Below, one piece after another: positions 9,717-20,258 of a stretch of 64,000 nucleotides of DNA. Origin of the DNA: Thermoanaerobaculia bacterium (GTDB lineage: Bacteria > Acidobacteriota > Thermoanaerobaculia > Multivoradales > Multivoraceae); contig OY762911.1 of NCBI GenBank assembly GCA_963666565.1, forward strand, positions 1,632,001 through 1,696,000, written 5' to 3'. Position numbers and translations under genes: made by a program. How positions within the stretch are numbered: position 1 is the first letter of the stretch; each line of letters starts with the position of its first letter. The notes under the pieces are model-generated. The model saw only the letters and a program-made list of their open reading frames with translations. It did no database searches and was not told the DNA's origin.

Positions 9717-11141
9717 TCAGTACGCGTTCTCTCTCAGCCCGCGGCGCAGCGTCAGCCACAGGATCTGGAGGTCGAGGCGGAGGCTCCAGTTTTCGATGTA
9801 GTAGAGGTCGTACTGGATGCGCTTGCGGATGGAGGTGTTGCCGCGCCAGCCGTGGACCTGGGCCCAGCCGGTGAGGCCGGACTTGACGCGGTGGCGGAGC
9901 ATGTAGTTCGGGATCTTGTCGCGGAACTCGCGGACGAAGGCGGGGCGTTCGGGGCGGGGACCGACGAAGGACATGTCGCCCAGGAAGATGTTCCAGATCT
10001 GGGGCAGCTCGTCGAGCGACCAGCGGCGCAGGAAGGCGCCGAAGCGGGTGCGCCGGGGGTCGTCCTCCGTTGCCCAGACCGGGCCGGTCTTCGATTCCGC
10101 GCCGACTCGCATCGAGCGGAACTTCAGGATCATGAAGGAGCGGCCGTCCAGGCCCATCCGCTCCTGGCGGTAGAAGAGCGGCCCCCGGTCCTCCAGCTTG
10201 ATCAGCAGCGCCACGACCGGCAGGAAGGGCAGCAGCGCGACCATCGCGCCGGCCGCGAGGACGATGTCCAGCGTACGCTTGGCCAGGCTCGACCAGCCCT
10301 CCATCGGCACGTGCGAGAGGTTGATGACCGGCGTGCCGTCGACGTCCTCGATCTCGGCCCGCAGGGTCGCGTACTGCAGGACGTTCGGGACGAGCCGAAT
10401 CTCGATCAGTTCGTTGCCGATGCGGTCGAGCAGGTCGAGGATCTTGCGGTGGGCGGCGAAGGGCAGGGCGATCATCACCTGGTCGACGCCGTTCCGTTCG
10501 ATCGTCTCCTCGAGTTCGTCCAGGGCGCCCAGGACCGGCACGCCGGCGGGTGCCGCGTGCCGCTTCTCCGGGTCGTCGTCGAGGAAGCCGACGACCTCGT
10601 AGCCGAGTTCCCGGTGGCGCACCAGCTTGGCCGCGATCTCCTCGCCGCTGTCGCCGGCGCCGACGATCAGGATGCGGCGCACGTTGTGGCCGCCGCGGCG
10701 AACCGTGCGCAGGACGGCGCGGGTGACAAGCCGCAGGAGCGCGACGAGGAAGATGTCGGTCGCGATGAACAGGGCGAAGAACGCCCGGCTATAGGAGAAG
10801 GGGTCGTCCGAGCCGGCCTGGGTCAGGCGGTCGAACGTCAGGACCGAGGTCAGGATGACCAGCGCCAGGATGGTGGCGACGACGATGCTGATCGTCTCGT
10901 CCACCCGGCTGTGCCCCCGGCGGATGCGGTAGAGGCCGTGGAAGTAGAAGACCGTGGGCCAGATCAGGACGATGAACGGCAGCATCCTGAGGTAGGGCTC
11001 GAAGTCGGGCACCGACTTCGTGATTTCGATGACCGGCTGGACGAACCGCAGGTACCAGGCCAGGAAGAAGGCGCCGACGGTCGCGGCGATGTCCGTGCCG
11101 AGGTTGAGGGCGGCGGTGACGCGAAGTTGCCTGTGGAGCAC
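9717..11141 (-). CDS. Undecaprenyl-phosphate glucose phosphotransferase (WcaJ-like)
   Basis: KFRSM, DDPRRT, LDELPQ, MSFVGPRPERP, GLTGWAQV, DLYYIENWSL. Confidence 0.93.
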   Translation of the reverse strand: MLHRQLRVTAALNLGTDIAATVGAFFLAWYLRFVQPVIEITKSVPDFEPYLRMLPFIVLIWPTVFYFHGLYRIRRGHSRVDETISIVVATILALVILTSVLTFDRLTQAGSDDPFSYSRAFFALFIATDIFLVALLRLVTRAVLRTVRRGGHNVRRILIVGAGDSGEEIAAKLVRHRELGYEVVGFLDDDPEKRHAAPAGVPVLGALDELEETIERNGVDQVMIALPFAAHRKILDLLDRIGNELIEIRLVPNVLQYATLRAEIEDVDGTPVINLSHVPMEGWSSLAKRTLDIVLAAGAMVALLPFLPVVALLIKLEDRGPLFYRQERMGLDGRSFMILKFRSMRVGAESKTGPVWATEDDPRRTRFGAFLRRWSLDELPQIWNIFLGDMSFVGPRPERPAFVREFRDKIPNYMLRHRVKSGLTGWAQVHGWRGNTSIRKRIQYDLYYIENWSLRLDLQILWLTLRRGLRENAY

Positions 11142-11249
11142 GGTCTTCAGTCCTGCGGGGCCGGCGCCGCTCGGTCGCGCGCGCGCCGGATGCTAGCAGT
11201 CCGCGCGGCGCCCGAGCCGCGCTGACGGGCATGGAACTGGCTGTCCGCC

Positions 11250-11323
11250 GGGTGCGCGGGTCCTCCGACCCGCTGGGTGCGCGGGTCTTCCGACCCGCTG
11301 GGTGCGCGGGTCTTCCGACCCGC
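11250..11323 (+). repeat. Three tandem REP-A copies (25-bp period)
   Basis: 11250-11273, 11275-11298, 11300-11323. Confidence 0.9.
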
Positions 11324-11343
11324 CCGGATGAACGCGCCGGCCG

Positions 11344-12489
11344 TCAGGCCGGCGCCCTTCCGGCGAGAACCTCGCGGTAGATGTCGAGGGTGCTCCCGGC
11401 GGTCCTGTCCCAACGAAAACGGGAGGACCGTTCGGCGCCGCGCTCGGCCAGGCGCCTCGCGTGGTCGCGGTCGGTCATGCAGAGCTCGATCGCGTCCGCG
11501 ATCTCCTCGACCTCGAGCGGGTTGACGAGTTCCGCGTAGCCCTTCGCGATCTCCTTGAGCGACGAGGTGTTCGAGGTGACGACCGGCACGCCCGAGGCCA
11601 TCGCCTCGGCGACCGGCAGTCCGAAGCCCTCGTACAGGGTGGGGTAGAGGAACAGGCTCGCCCCCTGGTACAGGGCCGGAAGGACCTCGCCGTCCACGTG
11701 GCCGAGCAGGCGGATGCGGTCGCCGATCCCGAGCTGGCGGGCCCGGCGTTCCAGCTTGAAGTCGCTGCCGGGCCGGGCGCCGACGCAGACGAGCGGCGCC
11801 TCGAAGCCGGCACGCGACCGGGCCCGCGCGTAGGCCTTGATCACCCGGTCGAGGTTCTTGTGGGGCTTCGGGTTGCCGACGAACAGCAGGTAGGGCCGGC
11901 TGACGCCGGCGCCGTCCAGGGCGGCGCCGAGTTCGTCGTCCGCGAGCGGCCGGCGGAAGCGGTCCTCGACGCCGTTGTAGACGACGCGGACCTTCTCGGG
12001 GTCGACGCGGAAGTAGTTGAGTACGTCGTCGCGCGTGTTGCGCGACACGGCGACGATCCGGTCGGCCCGGGCGACGCTGTGGCGGAACATCCCCTGGGCG
12101 TACAGGGACGCGGCGCGGTTGGGCAGAAAGCCGGGATAGAGCAGGTGGATGATGTCGTGGATCGTGACCACCGTCGGGCAGGGCACGATCGCCGGCAGGA
12201 CGTAGTGGGTGGCGTGGTAGAGGTCCAGCCGGGACCGCGAGATGCGCCAGGTCATCGTCCCGATCTCGCGCAGCGAGTACACCGGCGCGCGTTCGACGAC
12301 GCACCGGAAGTTCGGCGGCAGGTCGGCCGCGAAGTTCCGGTCCTCGGGCCGCACGAACAGGACGTACTCGTTGCCGCCGCCGGCGCCGCCCGCGGCCTCG
12401 ATGCTGGCCAGGCCGCGGATGAGGTTCGCGACGTAGACGCCGATGCCGAAGTCGCGCACCTTGCGGGCGTCGATGCCGATCCTCGCCAC
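11344..12489 (-). CDS. GT4 family glycosyltransferase
   Basis: VVTIHD, KPHKN, YEGFGLPVAEAMASGVPV. Confidence 0.92.
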   Translation of the reverse strand: MARIGIDARKVRDFGIGVYVANLIRGLASIEAAGGAGGGNEYVLFVRPEDRNFAADLPPNFRCVVERAPVYSLREIGTMTWRISRSRLDLYHATHYVLPAIVPCPTVVTIHDIIHLLYPGFLPNRAASLYAQGMFRHSVARADRIVAVSRNTRDDVLNYFRVDPEKVRVVYNGVEDRFRRPLADDELGAALDGAGVSRPYLLFVGNPKPHKNLDRVIKAYARARSRAGFEAPLVCVGARPGSDFKLERRARQLGIGDRIRLLGHVDGEVLPALYQGASLFLYPTLYEGFGLPVAEAMASGVPVVTSNTSSLKEIAKGYAELVNPLEVEEIADAIELCMTDRDHARRLAERGAERSSRFRWDRTAGSTLDIYREVLAGRAPA

Positions 12490-12528
12490 GGGGCAAGCCT
12501 AGCGCCGCGCTGCCGGGCGCGGCAGCCG

Positions 12529-12558
12529 TTGACAAGTGGTGGCGACCGTTCGTAGCCT
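12529..12558 (+). promoter_or_regulatory. Putative sigma70 promoter of yceD-rpmF-plsX-fab cluster
   Basis: TTGACA (12529-12534), 18 nt, TAGCCT (12553-12558). Confidence 0.5.
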
Positions 12559-12670
12559 TCCGGGTTTGCGCGGCGGCCGCCTTGCCGGAGTCGCGGCGGT
12601 CCGTGAACGAGACGGCGCGGGAGAGGCGGCTCGCGGTTCGAGACGGCGGACGTCTGACGGTGAGAATGGG

Positions 12671-13246
12671 ATGCATCTGCAGCTCGACCAGGCCCGTAAC
12701 GGCCCCCTGCACTGGCGCGATGCCATAAGCGTCGCCGCCGACGATCTGCGCCGCGACGAAGCGCTCGTCCTGGGCGACGTCGACTGCGAAGGCAGCCTGA
12801 CCTTCACCGGGCCGGACTTTCTGCTGCAGGCGCGGCTGCGCTACCGCTGCCGGCTCCGTTGCGACCGTTGCCTGACGCGGTACGAGGAGGACGTCGACCT
12901 GCCGCTGGCGTTCGTCGTCAGGGAGGACGGCGGAGACGCTCCGGCGGCCGCCGACGGCGCCGCGAACGGTGCCGGGGACGAACACGGCGCTCGCGAACTG
13001 GCGCCCGAGGATCTCTCGACGGTGGCCGCGGTGGACGGCGCCGTCGACCTGTTCCGGCTCGTCCGCGAGCACGTCGACCTGAACGTCCCGATGAAACCCA
13101 CCTGCGACGCCGCCTGCCGCGGCCTGTGTCCGCAGTGCGGCGCCGACCGGAACCGGGAAGCCTGCGACTGCGTCGCCGAGCGGGTGGATCCGCGCTGGGC
13201 CGCTCTCGAGGCGGTCCGCGAACGGCTTGTGGATAATCTGAGCTGA
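12671..13246 (+). CDS. yceD: YceD/DUF177 protein
   Basis: CDRCL, C...CRGLCPQCG...C, DPRWAAL; precedes rpmF. Confidence 0.9.
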   Translation: MHLQLDQARNGPLHWRDAISVAADDLRRDEALVLGDVDCEGSLTFTGPDFLLQARLRYRCRLRCDRCLTRYEEDVDLPLAFVVREDGGDAPAAADGAANGAGDEHGARELAPEDLSTVAAVDGAVDLFRLVREHVDLNVPMKPTCDAACRGLCPQCGADRNREACDCVAERVDPRWAALEAVRERLVDNLS

Positions 13247-13279
13247 CCGGCTACCCAGCCACGAAAGGAACGGAAGAAG

Positions 13280-13465
13280 ATGCCCAATCCCAAACGGCGG
13301 CACTCGAAGGCGCGCCGGGACCGGCGGCGGTCCCATGACGCGCTGAAGCGTCCCGCCGGCTCGCTTTGTCCGAACTGCGGCGAAACCAAGCTGCCTCACC
13401 GCGCCTGCAGCCACTGCGGCCACTACCGCGGGCGCGACGTGATCGACGTGGAGGACGTTCTCTAG
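13280..13465 (+). CDS. rpmF: 50S ribosomal protein L32
   Basis: [22 protein letters not shown]...[11 protein letters not shown]. Confidence 0.97.
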   Translation: MPNPKRRHSKARRDRRRSHDALKRPAGSLCPNCGETKLPHRACSHCGHYRGRDVIDVEDVL

Positions 13466-13498
13466 CCCGGGCGCTCCCGCGCCGCCGGCGTTGATCCC

Positions 13499-14560
13499 AT
13501 GACGAATCCGTCCCCCGCACCCGGCCCGACGGTGATCGCCGTCGACGCGATGGGCGGCGATCACGCCCCGCGGGCCGTGGTCGAGGGGGCGCTGCTGGCG
13601 GCCCGCGAGGACGGACTCCGGCTCCTCCTCGTGGGCCGGCGGGAGGACCTGGAACGGGAGATCGAGGAACTCGAGCCGGCGGCGAGGGCGCGCGGCCGGA
13701 TCGAGATCGTCCAGGCCCGCGAAGTCGTCGGCATGGGCGAGTCGGCACTGGCGGTGCGCCGCAAGCGCGACTCCTCGGTACGGGTCTGCGCGCGGCTGGT
13801 CAGGGAAGGCCGGGCCGCGGCGATGCTGACCGCCGGCAACACCGGCGCCGCCCTGGTCGCCGGCAAGATGGTCATCGGCGTGGCGCCCGGAGTCGACCGG
13901 CCGGCCCTCGCCGTCGTCATGCCGCGCCGCGACGGCAGCACGATCCTGCTCGACGCCGGCGCCAACGTCGATTCCAAGCTGCGCCAGCTCCGCCAGTTCG
14001 CGGTGATGGGCCACTACCTGGCGCAGCAACTCCTGAGCCTGGAGTCGCCGCGGATCGGCCTGCTGTCGATCGGCGAGGAGGTCGGCAAGGGGACGGAGTT
14101 TGTCCGCGAGGTGTTCAAGGCGCTCGACGCGACCGGGCTGAACTTCGTCGGCAACGTCGAGGGCGGCCACGTGTTCGACGGCGCCGTCGACGTCGTCGTC
14201 TGCGACGGGTTCGTCGGCAACGCGATCCTCAAGAGCGCCGAGTCCCTGGGCGAGTTCGTGGGCGGGCAGTTGCGGGACGAAATGGGGCGCACCTGGCGGT
14301 CGCGGCTCGGTTACCTGTTCGCCCGTCCGGCCTTCGAGCGCTTCAAGCGCCGGCTCGACTACAGCGAGTACGGCGGCGCGCCGCTGCTCGGGCTGCGGGG
14401 CGGCTGTTTCGTGGCGCACGGCCGCTCCTCGGCCCACGCGATCCACAGCGCCGTGCGGCGGGCGGTAGAGTTCTGCGAAGCCGACATTCACCTCAAGGTC
14501 AGCGCGAAGCTCTCCGAGGTCGCCTTCGAGACGCGCTCGAAGGCGGTGGTGGCGGGATGA
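13499..14560 (+). CDS. plsX: Phosphate acyltransferase PlsX
   Basis: IAVDAMGGDHAP, AGNTGA, DAGAN, CDGFVGN, YGGAPLLG. Confidence 0.96.
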   Translation: MTNPSPAPGPTVIAVDAMGGDHAPRAVVEGALLAAREDGLRLLLVGRREDLEREIEELEPAARARGRIEIVQAREVVGMGESALAVRRKRDSSVRVCARLVREGRAAAMLTAGNTGAALVAGKMVIGVAPGVDRPALAVVMPRRDGSTILLDAGANVDSKLRQLRQFAVMGHYLAQQLLSLESPRIGLLSIGEEVGKGTEFVREVFKALDATGLNFVGNVEGGHVFDGAVDVVVCDGFVGNAILKSAESLGEFVGGQLRDEMGRTWRSRLGYLFARPAFERFKRRLDYSEYGGAPLLGLRGGCFVAHGRSSAHAIHSAVRRAVEFCEADIHLKVSAKLSEVAFETRSKAVVAG

Positions 14561-15600
14561 CGAACGGTCTCCAGGGAAACTCCTCGAACGGAACGCGGCG
14601 GGTCCGGATCGCCGGCACGGGCCGCTCGGTGCCGGAGCGGGTCCTCACCAACGCCGACCTGGAGCGCATCGTCGACACCACGAACGACTGGATCGTCGGG
14701 CGCACCGGCATCGAGCAGCGCCGGGTCGCGTCCGACGAGGAGTACACCTCGGTCTTCGCCGTCGACGCCGCCCGCAAGGCGCTGGAGATGGCCGGGGTCG
14801 AGGCGTCGGACGTGGACCTCGTGCTCATCTCGACGGTGACGCCGGACATGCCGTTCCCGGCCACGGCCTGCCTGGTGCAGGAGGAACTCGGCGCGAAGGG
14901 CGCCACCGCGTTCGACCTGAACGCCGGCTGCACGGGCTTCGTCTACGGGCTCTCCGTCGCCCGCCAGTACGTGTCGAGCGGCGCCGCCTCCACCGCCCTG
15001 GTCATCGGGGCCGAGTCGCTGACGAAGTACACGGACTACGAGGACCGCGCGACCTGCGTGCTGTTCGGCGATGGCGCCGGCGCGGTCGTGCTGCGCGGCG
15101 AGGATCCGCCCGAGCCTTCGAGCGAGAACGGGCTCTCCGGCATCCTCTCGGTGGCGATCCACAGCGACGGCTCGCTCGCTCACCTGCTCGAGATGCCGGG
15201 CGGCGGCAGCCGCAATCCTCCGAACCGTCCGGAGACCCTGGAGGCGCGTCTCCCCTTCATCCGCATGCTCGGCAACGAGACCTTCAAGGTCGCGGTGCGG
15301 ACCCTGGCCGAAGTGTCCGGCGAGGTGCTCGCCGGCGCCGGCCAGCAGCCCGAGGACGTCCGGTGGCTGATTCCCCACCAGGCGAACCGCCGGATCATCG
15401 ACGCCGTGGGCCGCAGGATCGAGGTGCCGGCCGACCGCGTTTACGTCAACGTCGAGCGCTACGGCAACACCTCGGCCGCCTCCATCCCGATCGCCCTGGA
15501 CGAGCTGAACCGCGACGGCCGGATCGATCCCGGCGACCTGGTCCTGATGGCCGCCTTCGGCGCGGGCCTCACCTGGGGCGCGGCCGCGGTGCGCTTTTGA
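14557..15600 (+). CDS. fabH: 3-oxoacyl-ACP synthase III
   Basis: AGCTGF, LFGDGAGA, PHQAN, YGNTSAASIP. Confidence 0.96.
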   Translation: MTNGLQGNSSNGTRRVRIAGTGRSVPERVLTNADLERIVDTTNDWIVGRTGIEQRRVASDEEYTSVFAVDAARKALEMAGVEASDVDLVLISTVTPDMPFPATACLVQEELGAKGATAFDLNAGCTGFVYGLSVARQYVSSGAASTALVIGAESLTKYTDYEDRATCVLFGDGAGAVVLRGEDPPEPSSENGLSGILSVAIHSDGSLAHLLEMPGGGSRNPPNRPETLEARLPFIRMLGNETFKVAVRTLAEVSGEVLAGAGQQPEDVRWLIPHQANRRIIDAVGRRIEVPADRVYVNVERYGNTSAASIPIALDELNRDGRIDPGDLVLMAAFGAGLTWGAAAVRF

Positions 15601-16526
15601 GCGGGACGGCGTACGTCTTTCCGGGCCAGGGCTCGCAGCGGGTCGGCATGGGCCGCGCTCTCGCCTCCGCCTTCCCCGAGGCGCGGGCGGTGTTCGAGGA
15701 GGCGGACGACACGCTCGGCTTCTCGCTCTCCGGGCTCTGCTTCGACGGTCCCGAGGACGAACTCCAGTTGACCGCGAACACCCAGCCCGCGATTGTCGCC
15801 ATGTCGGTCGCGGTGCTTCGCTGCTACGGGGCGCAGAGTCCGCCGCCGGAGGCGCCGGCCTTCGTCGCCGGCCACAGCCTGGGCGAGTACTCGGCGCTGG
15901 TGGCGGCCGGAGCGCTGGAACTCGCCGATGCGCTGCGGCTGGTGCGGGCGCGCGGCCGGGCGATGCAGCGGGCGGTGCCGGTCGGCGAGGGCGCGATGGC
16001 CGCGATCCTCGGCCTGAGCGAGGAGGACACGGCAGCGGCGTCGGCCCGGGCCGCGAGCGAGACCGGCGGCGTCTGCCAGCTCGCGAACCTGAACGCGCCG
16101 GGACAGATCGTCATCGCCGGCGCGGCCGCGGCGGTCGAGCGCGCGACGGAGCTCGCGTCCGAGGCGGGCGCGCGGCGGGCGATCCCGCTGCCGGTGTCGG
16201 CGCCCTTCCACTGCGCCCTGATGGCGCCGGCGCGCGAGGCGATGGAACCCCTGATCCGGGAGGTGCCGATGGCGGACCCGCAGGTCCCGGTCGTGTGCAA
16301 CGTGGACGCGGCGGCGGTGACGACGGCGGCGGCGGCGCGGGACGCGCTGGTCCGGCAGATCGACGGCGCCGTGCGCTGGTCGGAGTCGGTGGCGCTGATG
16401 GCGTCGCGGGGCGTCGAGCGGCTGGTCGAGATCGGACCGGGCAAGGTGCTGTCCGGGCTCGCGCGGCGCATCGAGCGGCGCCTGAAGGTCCGGGCGATCG
16501 CGGCGCCGGAGGATCTGGCCGGGTGA
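15597..16526 (+). CDS. fabD: Malonyl-CoA:ACP transacylase
   Basis: FPGQGSQ, GHSLGEY, SAPFH; TTG start overlapping the fabH stop. Confidence 0.95.
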   Translation: MSGTAYVFPGQGSQRVGMGRALASAFPEARAVFEEADDTLGFSLSGLCFDGPEDELQLTANTQPAIVAMSVAVLRCYGAQSPPPEAPAFVAGHSLGEYSALVAAGALELADALRLVRARGRAMQRAVPVGEGAMAAILGLSEEDTAAASARAASETGGVCQLANLNAPGQIVIAGAAAAVERATELASEAGARRAIPLPVSAPFHCALMAPAREAMEPLIREVPMADPQVPVVCNVDAAAVTTAAAARDALVRQIDGAVRWSESVALMASRGVERLVEIGPGKVLSGLARRIERRLKVRAIAAPEDLAG

Positions 16527-17269
16527 CGGTTTTCGACCTGGGCGGCAGGACGGCGCTGGTCACCGGGGCCTCGCGCGGCATCGGCCGCGCCGCGGCGCTG
16601 TTGCTGGCGCGGCAGGGTGCGCGGGTGGTCCTCGCCGCCCGCAACGAGGAACTGCTCGGCGAAGTCGCCGGCGAGATTCGGGCGCGCGGCGGCGAAGCTC
16701 ATCCGACGGCGCTCGACCTGGCTGACCACGACTCGATTCCCGGCGCCGTCCGCGGATTGCCGAAGGACTTCGCGGCCGTCGACATCCTGGTGAACAACGC
16801 GGGCGTCACCGCCGACAACCTGCTGGCGCGAATGACCCTCGAGCAGTGGCGGCGGGTGATGGACGTCAACCTGACCGGCGCCTTCGTCCTGACCAAGGCG
16901 CTCGTTCGCGGCATGATGCGGCGGCGCCACGGCCGGGTGGTTTCCGTGTCGTCGGTGGCCGGCGTGGTCGGCAACGCGGGCCAGGCGAACTACGCGGCCT
17001 CCAAGGCCGGCCTGATCGGGTTCAGCAAGTCGCTCGCGCGGGAGCTCCTGAGCCGCGGGATCACGGTGAACGTGGTGGCGCCGGGCTTCATCGAGACGGA
17101 CATGACGGCGGCCCTGCCGGACGGGGCGGGCGAGCGCTTCCTCGAGCAGCACGGCCTGGTCCGGCTGGGCACGGTGGAGGACATCGCGGCGGCGGTGCTC
17201 TACCTGGCGAGCGACGAGGCGTCCTACGTCACCGGCGAGGTGCTGAGCGTCAGCGGGGGCATGACCTGA
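16523..17269 (+). CDS. fabG: 3-oxoacyl-ACP reductase
   Basis: [24 protein letters not shown]; GTGA overlap with fabD. Confidence 0.95.
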   Translation: MTVFDLGGRTALVTGASRGIGRAAALLLARQGARVVLAARNEELLGEVAGEIRARGGEAHPTALDLADHDSIPGAVRGLPKDFAAVDILVNNAGVTADNLLARMTLEQWRRVMDVNLTGAFVLTKALVRGMMRRRHGRVVSVSSVAGVVGNAGQANYAASKAGLIGFSKSLARELLSRGITVNVVAPGFIETDMTAALPDGAGERFLEQHGLVRLGTVEDIAAAVLYLASDEASYVTGEVLSVSGGMT

Positions 17270-17384
17270 GCCCGCGTCGGGACGGCGGGCGCGGCATTGG
17301 ACGGATCGCCCCGGTGGTGGCATAGTCTCTGCTGCCCGCGGGTCCCAGACGCCAAACCTGCCCCTACTCTCGAGAGGAACCAGA

Positions 17385-17618
17385 ATGTCCGTAGTCGCAA
17401 AGGTCAACAGCATCATCGTCGAGCAGCTCGGAGTCGATGCCGACGAAGTCACTCCGGAGGCGAGCTTTACCGACGACCTCGGCGCCGACTCGCTCGACAT
17501 CGTCGAGCTGGTCATGGCCTTCGAGGAGGAGTTCGGCATCGAGATCCCGGACGAGGACGCCGAGAAGATCGGCTCGGTCAAGGAGGCCACCGACTACATC
17601 CAGGCTCACGGGTCCTAG
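17385..17618 (+). CDS. acpP: Acyl carrier protein
   Basis: [20 protein letters not shown]. Confidence 0.98.
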   Translation: MSVVAKVNSIIVEQLGVDADEVTPEASFTDDLGADSLDIVELVMAFEEEFGIEIPDEDAEKIGSVKEATDYIQAHGS

Positions 17619-17677
17619 GGCCGGGAGTCGTCGCAGCGTTTCCGCCGCGCTGTCGCATGTCGAAGTGGCCGCCCACC

Positions 17678-17755
17678 GGGTGCGCGGGTCCTCCGACCCG
17701 CATTGGGTGCGCGGGTCTTCCGACCCGCATTGGGTGCGCGGGTCTTCCGACCCGC
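17678..17755 (+). repeat. Three tandem REP-A copies (27-bp period)
   Basis: 17678-17701, 17705-17728, 17732-17755, between acpP and fabF. Confidence 0.9.
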
Positions 17756-17776
17756 TTCCGCCGGGACTCGTGACGG

Positions 17777-19018
<1,242 letters not shown>

Positions 19019-19144
19019 CGCGCGCCTGGGTGCGTGTGTCCTCCGACCGCTGGCGCCGAGGGCGGCCGGGAGGTTCGCGGCGGGCTGCTAGTATCGTCGT
19101 CTCAATCAGTTACAGCAGGTGCCGCGCGCCAGAAAGGAACGGAC

Positions 19145-19876
19145 ATGGCTGCATCGACCTCTTCGAACCCCGCCACCAGGATGGGAGGGCTGGCTCTGCT
19201 CGTCGGAGTCGTTCTGCTGTTTGTCGCATCGTTCCTCCTTCCCGGGGGCGTGCTCAACCCGGTGGACCAGACCGACTTCCCTCTGGCCCTTGAGACGATG
19301 GCCGCGAACGCCAGCGCCGCGCATCTGGCGTCGATGCTGTCGATCGGCGGGATGTTCCTCTACATGTACGCCGCCTCCACGTGGCTCCGCCTGCCCGGAA
19401 CGACCGGGTTCGGCGGCGCCTGCCTGCGGTTGGGGGCGTTCGCGAGCATGTTCGGCTGGAGCCTCTACCTCGTCGCGATGGGCATGAGGCAGTTCAGCGT
19501 CCACCTGATGCAGCGCGGCATGCAGCCCGGCGCCGATCAGGCCATGCTGGAGTCCTTCGCCCTCAGCGCCTACGCGGCGATGGCCGGCATCGTTGTGGCG
19601 CTGGTCAGCGTCTATCCGCTCGCGTCCATCCTGGTCGGCATCGGCCTTGCCTCGCGTTTCGACTCGGTGGGCCTCTTCAAGGTGGCCTCCTGCGGCTTCG
19701 TCGTTCTCGGGGTCGTGGCAAGCATCAACCACATGGTCCTTCAGCACGTCCCCACGATCGATCCCAGGGTTCTCCTGGTGAACGACAACGGCATGCAAGC
19801 GCTCGGGTCGCTCTGCTTCGTCATCATCGGGATCGGGATGTACCGCGGCAGGAGCGAACTCACCTCGGAGGACTGA
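19145..19876 (+). CDS. Hypothetical membrane protein (~6 TM)
   Basis: ATG after AAAGGA; strongly hydrophobic. Confidence 0.65.
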   Translation: MAASTSSNPATRMGGLALLVGVVLLFVASFLLPGGVLNPVDQTDFPLALETMAANASAAHLASMLSIGGMFLYMYAASTWLRLPGTTGFGGACLRLGAFASMFGWSLYLVAMGMRQFSVHLMQRGMQPGADQAMLESFALSAYAAMAGIVVALVSVYPLASILVGIGLASRFDSVGLFKVASCGFVVLGVVASINHMVLQHVPTIDPRVLLVNDNGMQALGSLCFVIIGIGMYRGRSELTSED

Positions 19877-19936
19877 CCGGCGGCAGGGAGGCGCCGGCCT
19901 CCGGCCGGCGCGTCTTTCCGGCCGCTTCCGGCGGCA

Positions 19937-19960
19937 GCGGGTCGGAAGACCCGCGCACCC
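19937..19960 (-). repeat. REP-A copy
   Basis: GCGGGTCGGAAGACCCGCGCACCC on the + strand. Confidence 0.85.
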
Positions 19961-19997
19961 GGCGGAAGGCCCGCGCCACTCCGGTCGCGGAGCCTGC

Positions 19998-20026
19998 TTG
20001 ACACTCCGTGCCTTCCGGTGCAGTAT
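19998..20026 (+). promoter_or_regulatory. Putative sigma70 promoter of the aro-his-trp operon
   Basis: TTGACA (19998-20003), 17 nt, CAGTAT (20021-20026). Confidence 0.55.
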
Positions 20027-20071
20027 GCGCGCTCCTGGAGCCGTTCCGACCCGTTCCGCCTTCGCCTCGTC

Positions 20072-20176
20072 ATGAACTCACCGGCCAGCACTCCCGCGTT
20101 CGTCGCCGCCTCCGTCGCTTCGGCGACCGGCGTCGTCACGGCTTCCTGGTGGGCTCACGGTCACGGCAAGGGCTGA
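20072..20176 (+). CDS. Putative attenuation leader peptide with Trp-Trp and His-x-His codons
   Basis: MNSPASTPAFVAASVASATGVVTASWWAHGHGKG*; lies between the promoter and a terminator in front of his+trp genes. Confidence 0.75.
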   Translation: MNSPASTPAFVAASVASATGVVTASWWAHGHGKG

Positions 20177-20220
20177 ACCGGGGTCAGGTCCCGGTACGCG
20201 GTCCGGGACGAGGGCGAGCG

Positions 20221-20258
20221 AAAGACCTCCTTCCGGATCGAAGGAGGTCTTTTCGTTT
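20221..20258 (+). terminator. Attenuator terminator hairpin (also contains the aroD SD)
   Basis: AAAGACCTCCTTC/GAAGGAGGTCTTT 13-bp stem, 6-nt loop, T-rich tail. Confidence 0.8.

Noticed and set aside
107-14491. Very long antisense/alternate-frame ORFs (e.g. 107-2704, 3598-7578, 11147-14491 and many later)
   Set aside because: Shadow ORFs of high-GC genes; Arg/Pro/Gly-rich with no motifs.
11250-17755. Tandem 24-bp palindromic repeats as a CRISPR array
   Set aside because: Spacers are only 1-3 nt, copies are dispersed in both orientations and there are no cas genes; these are REP-like.
20025-20075. 16-codon ORF overlapping the leader ATG
   Set aside because: Its ATG lies inside the predicted -10 box, so it is probably not transcribed; relevant only if the promoter call is wrong.
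20008-20256. 83-aa N-terminal extension of AroDE given by the ORF track
   Set aside because: Overlaps the promoter, leader peptide and terminator; SD position supports TTG 20257.
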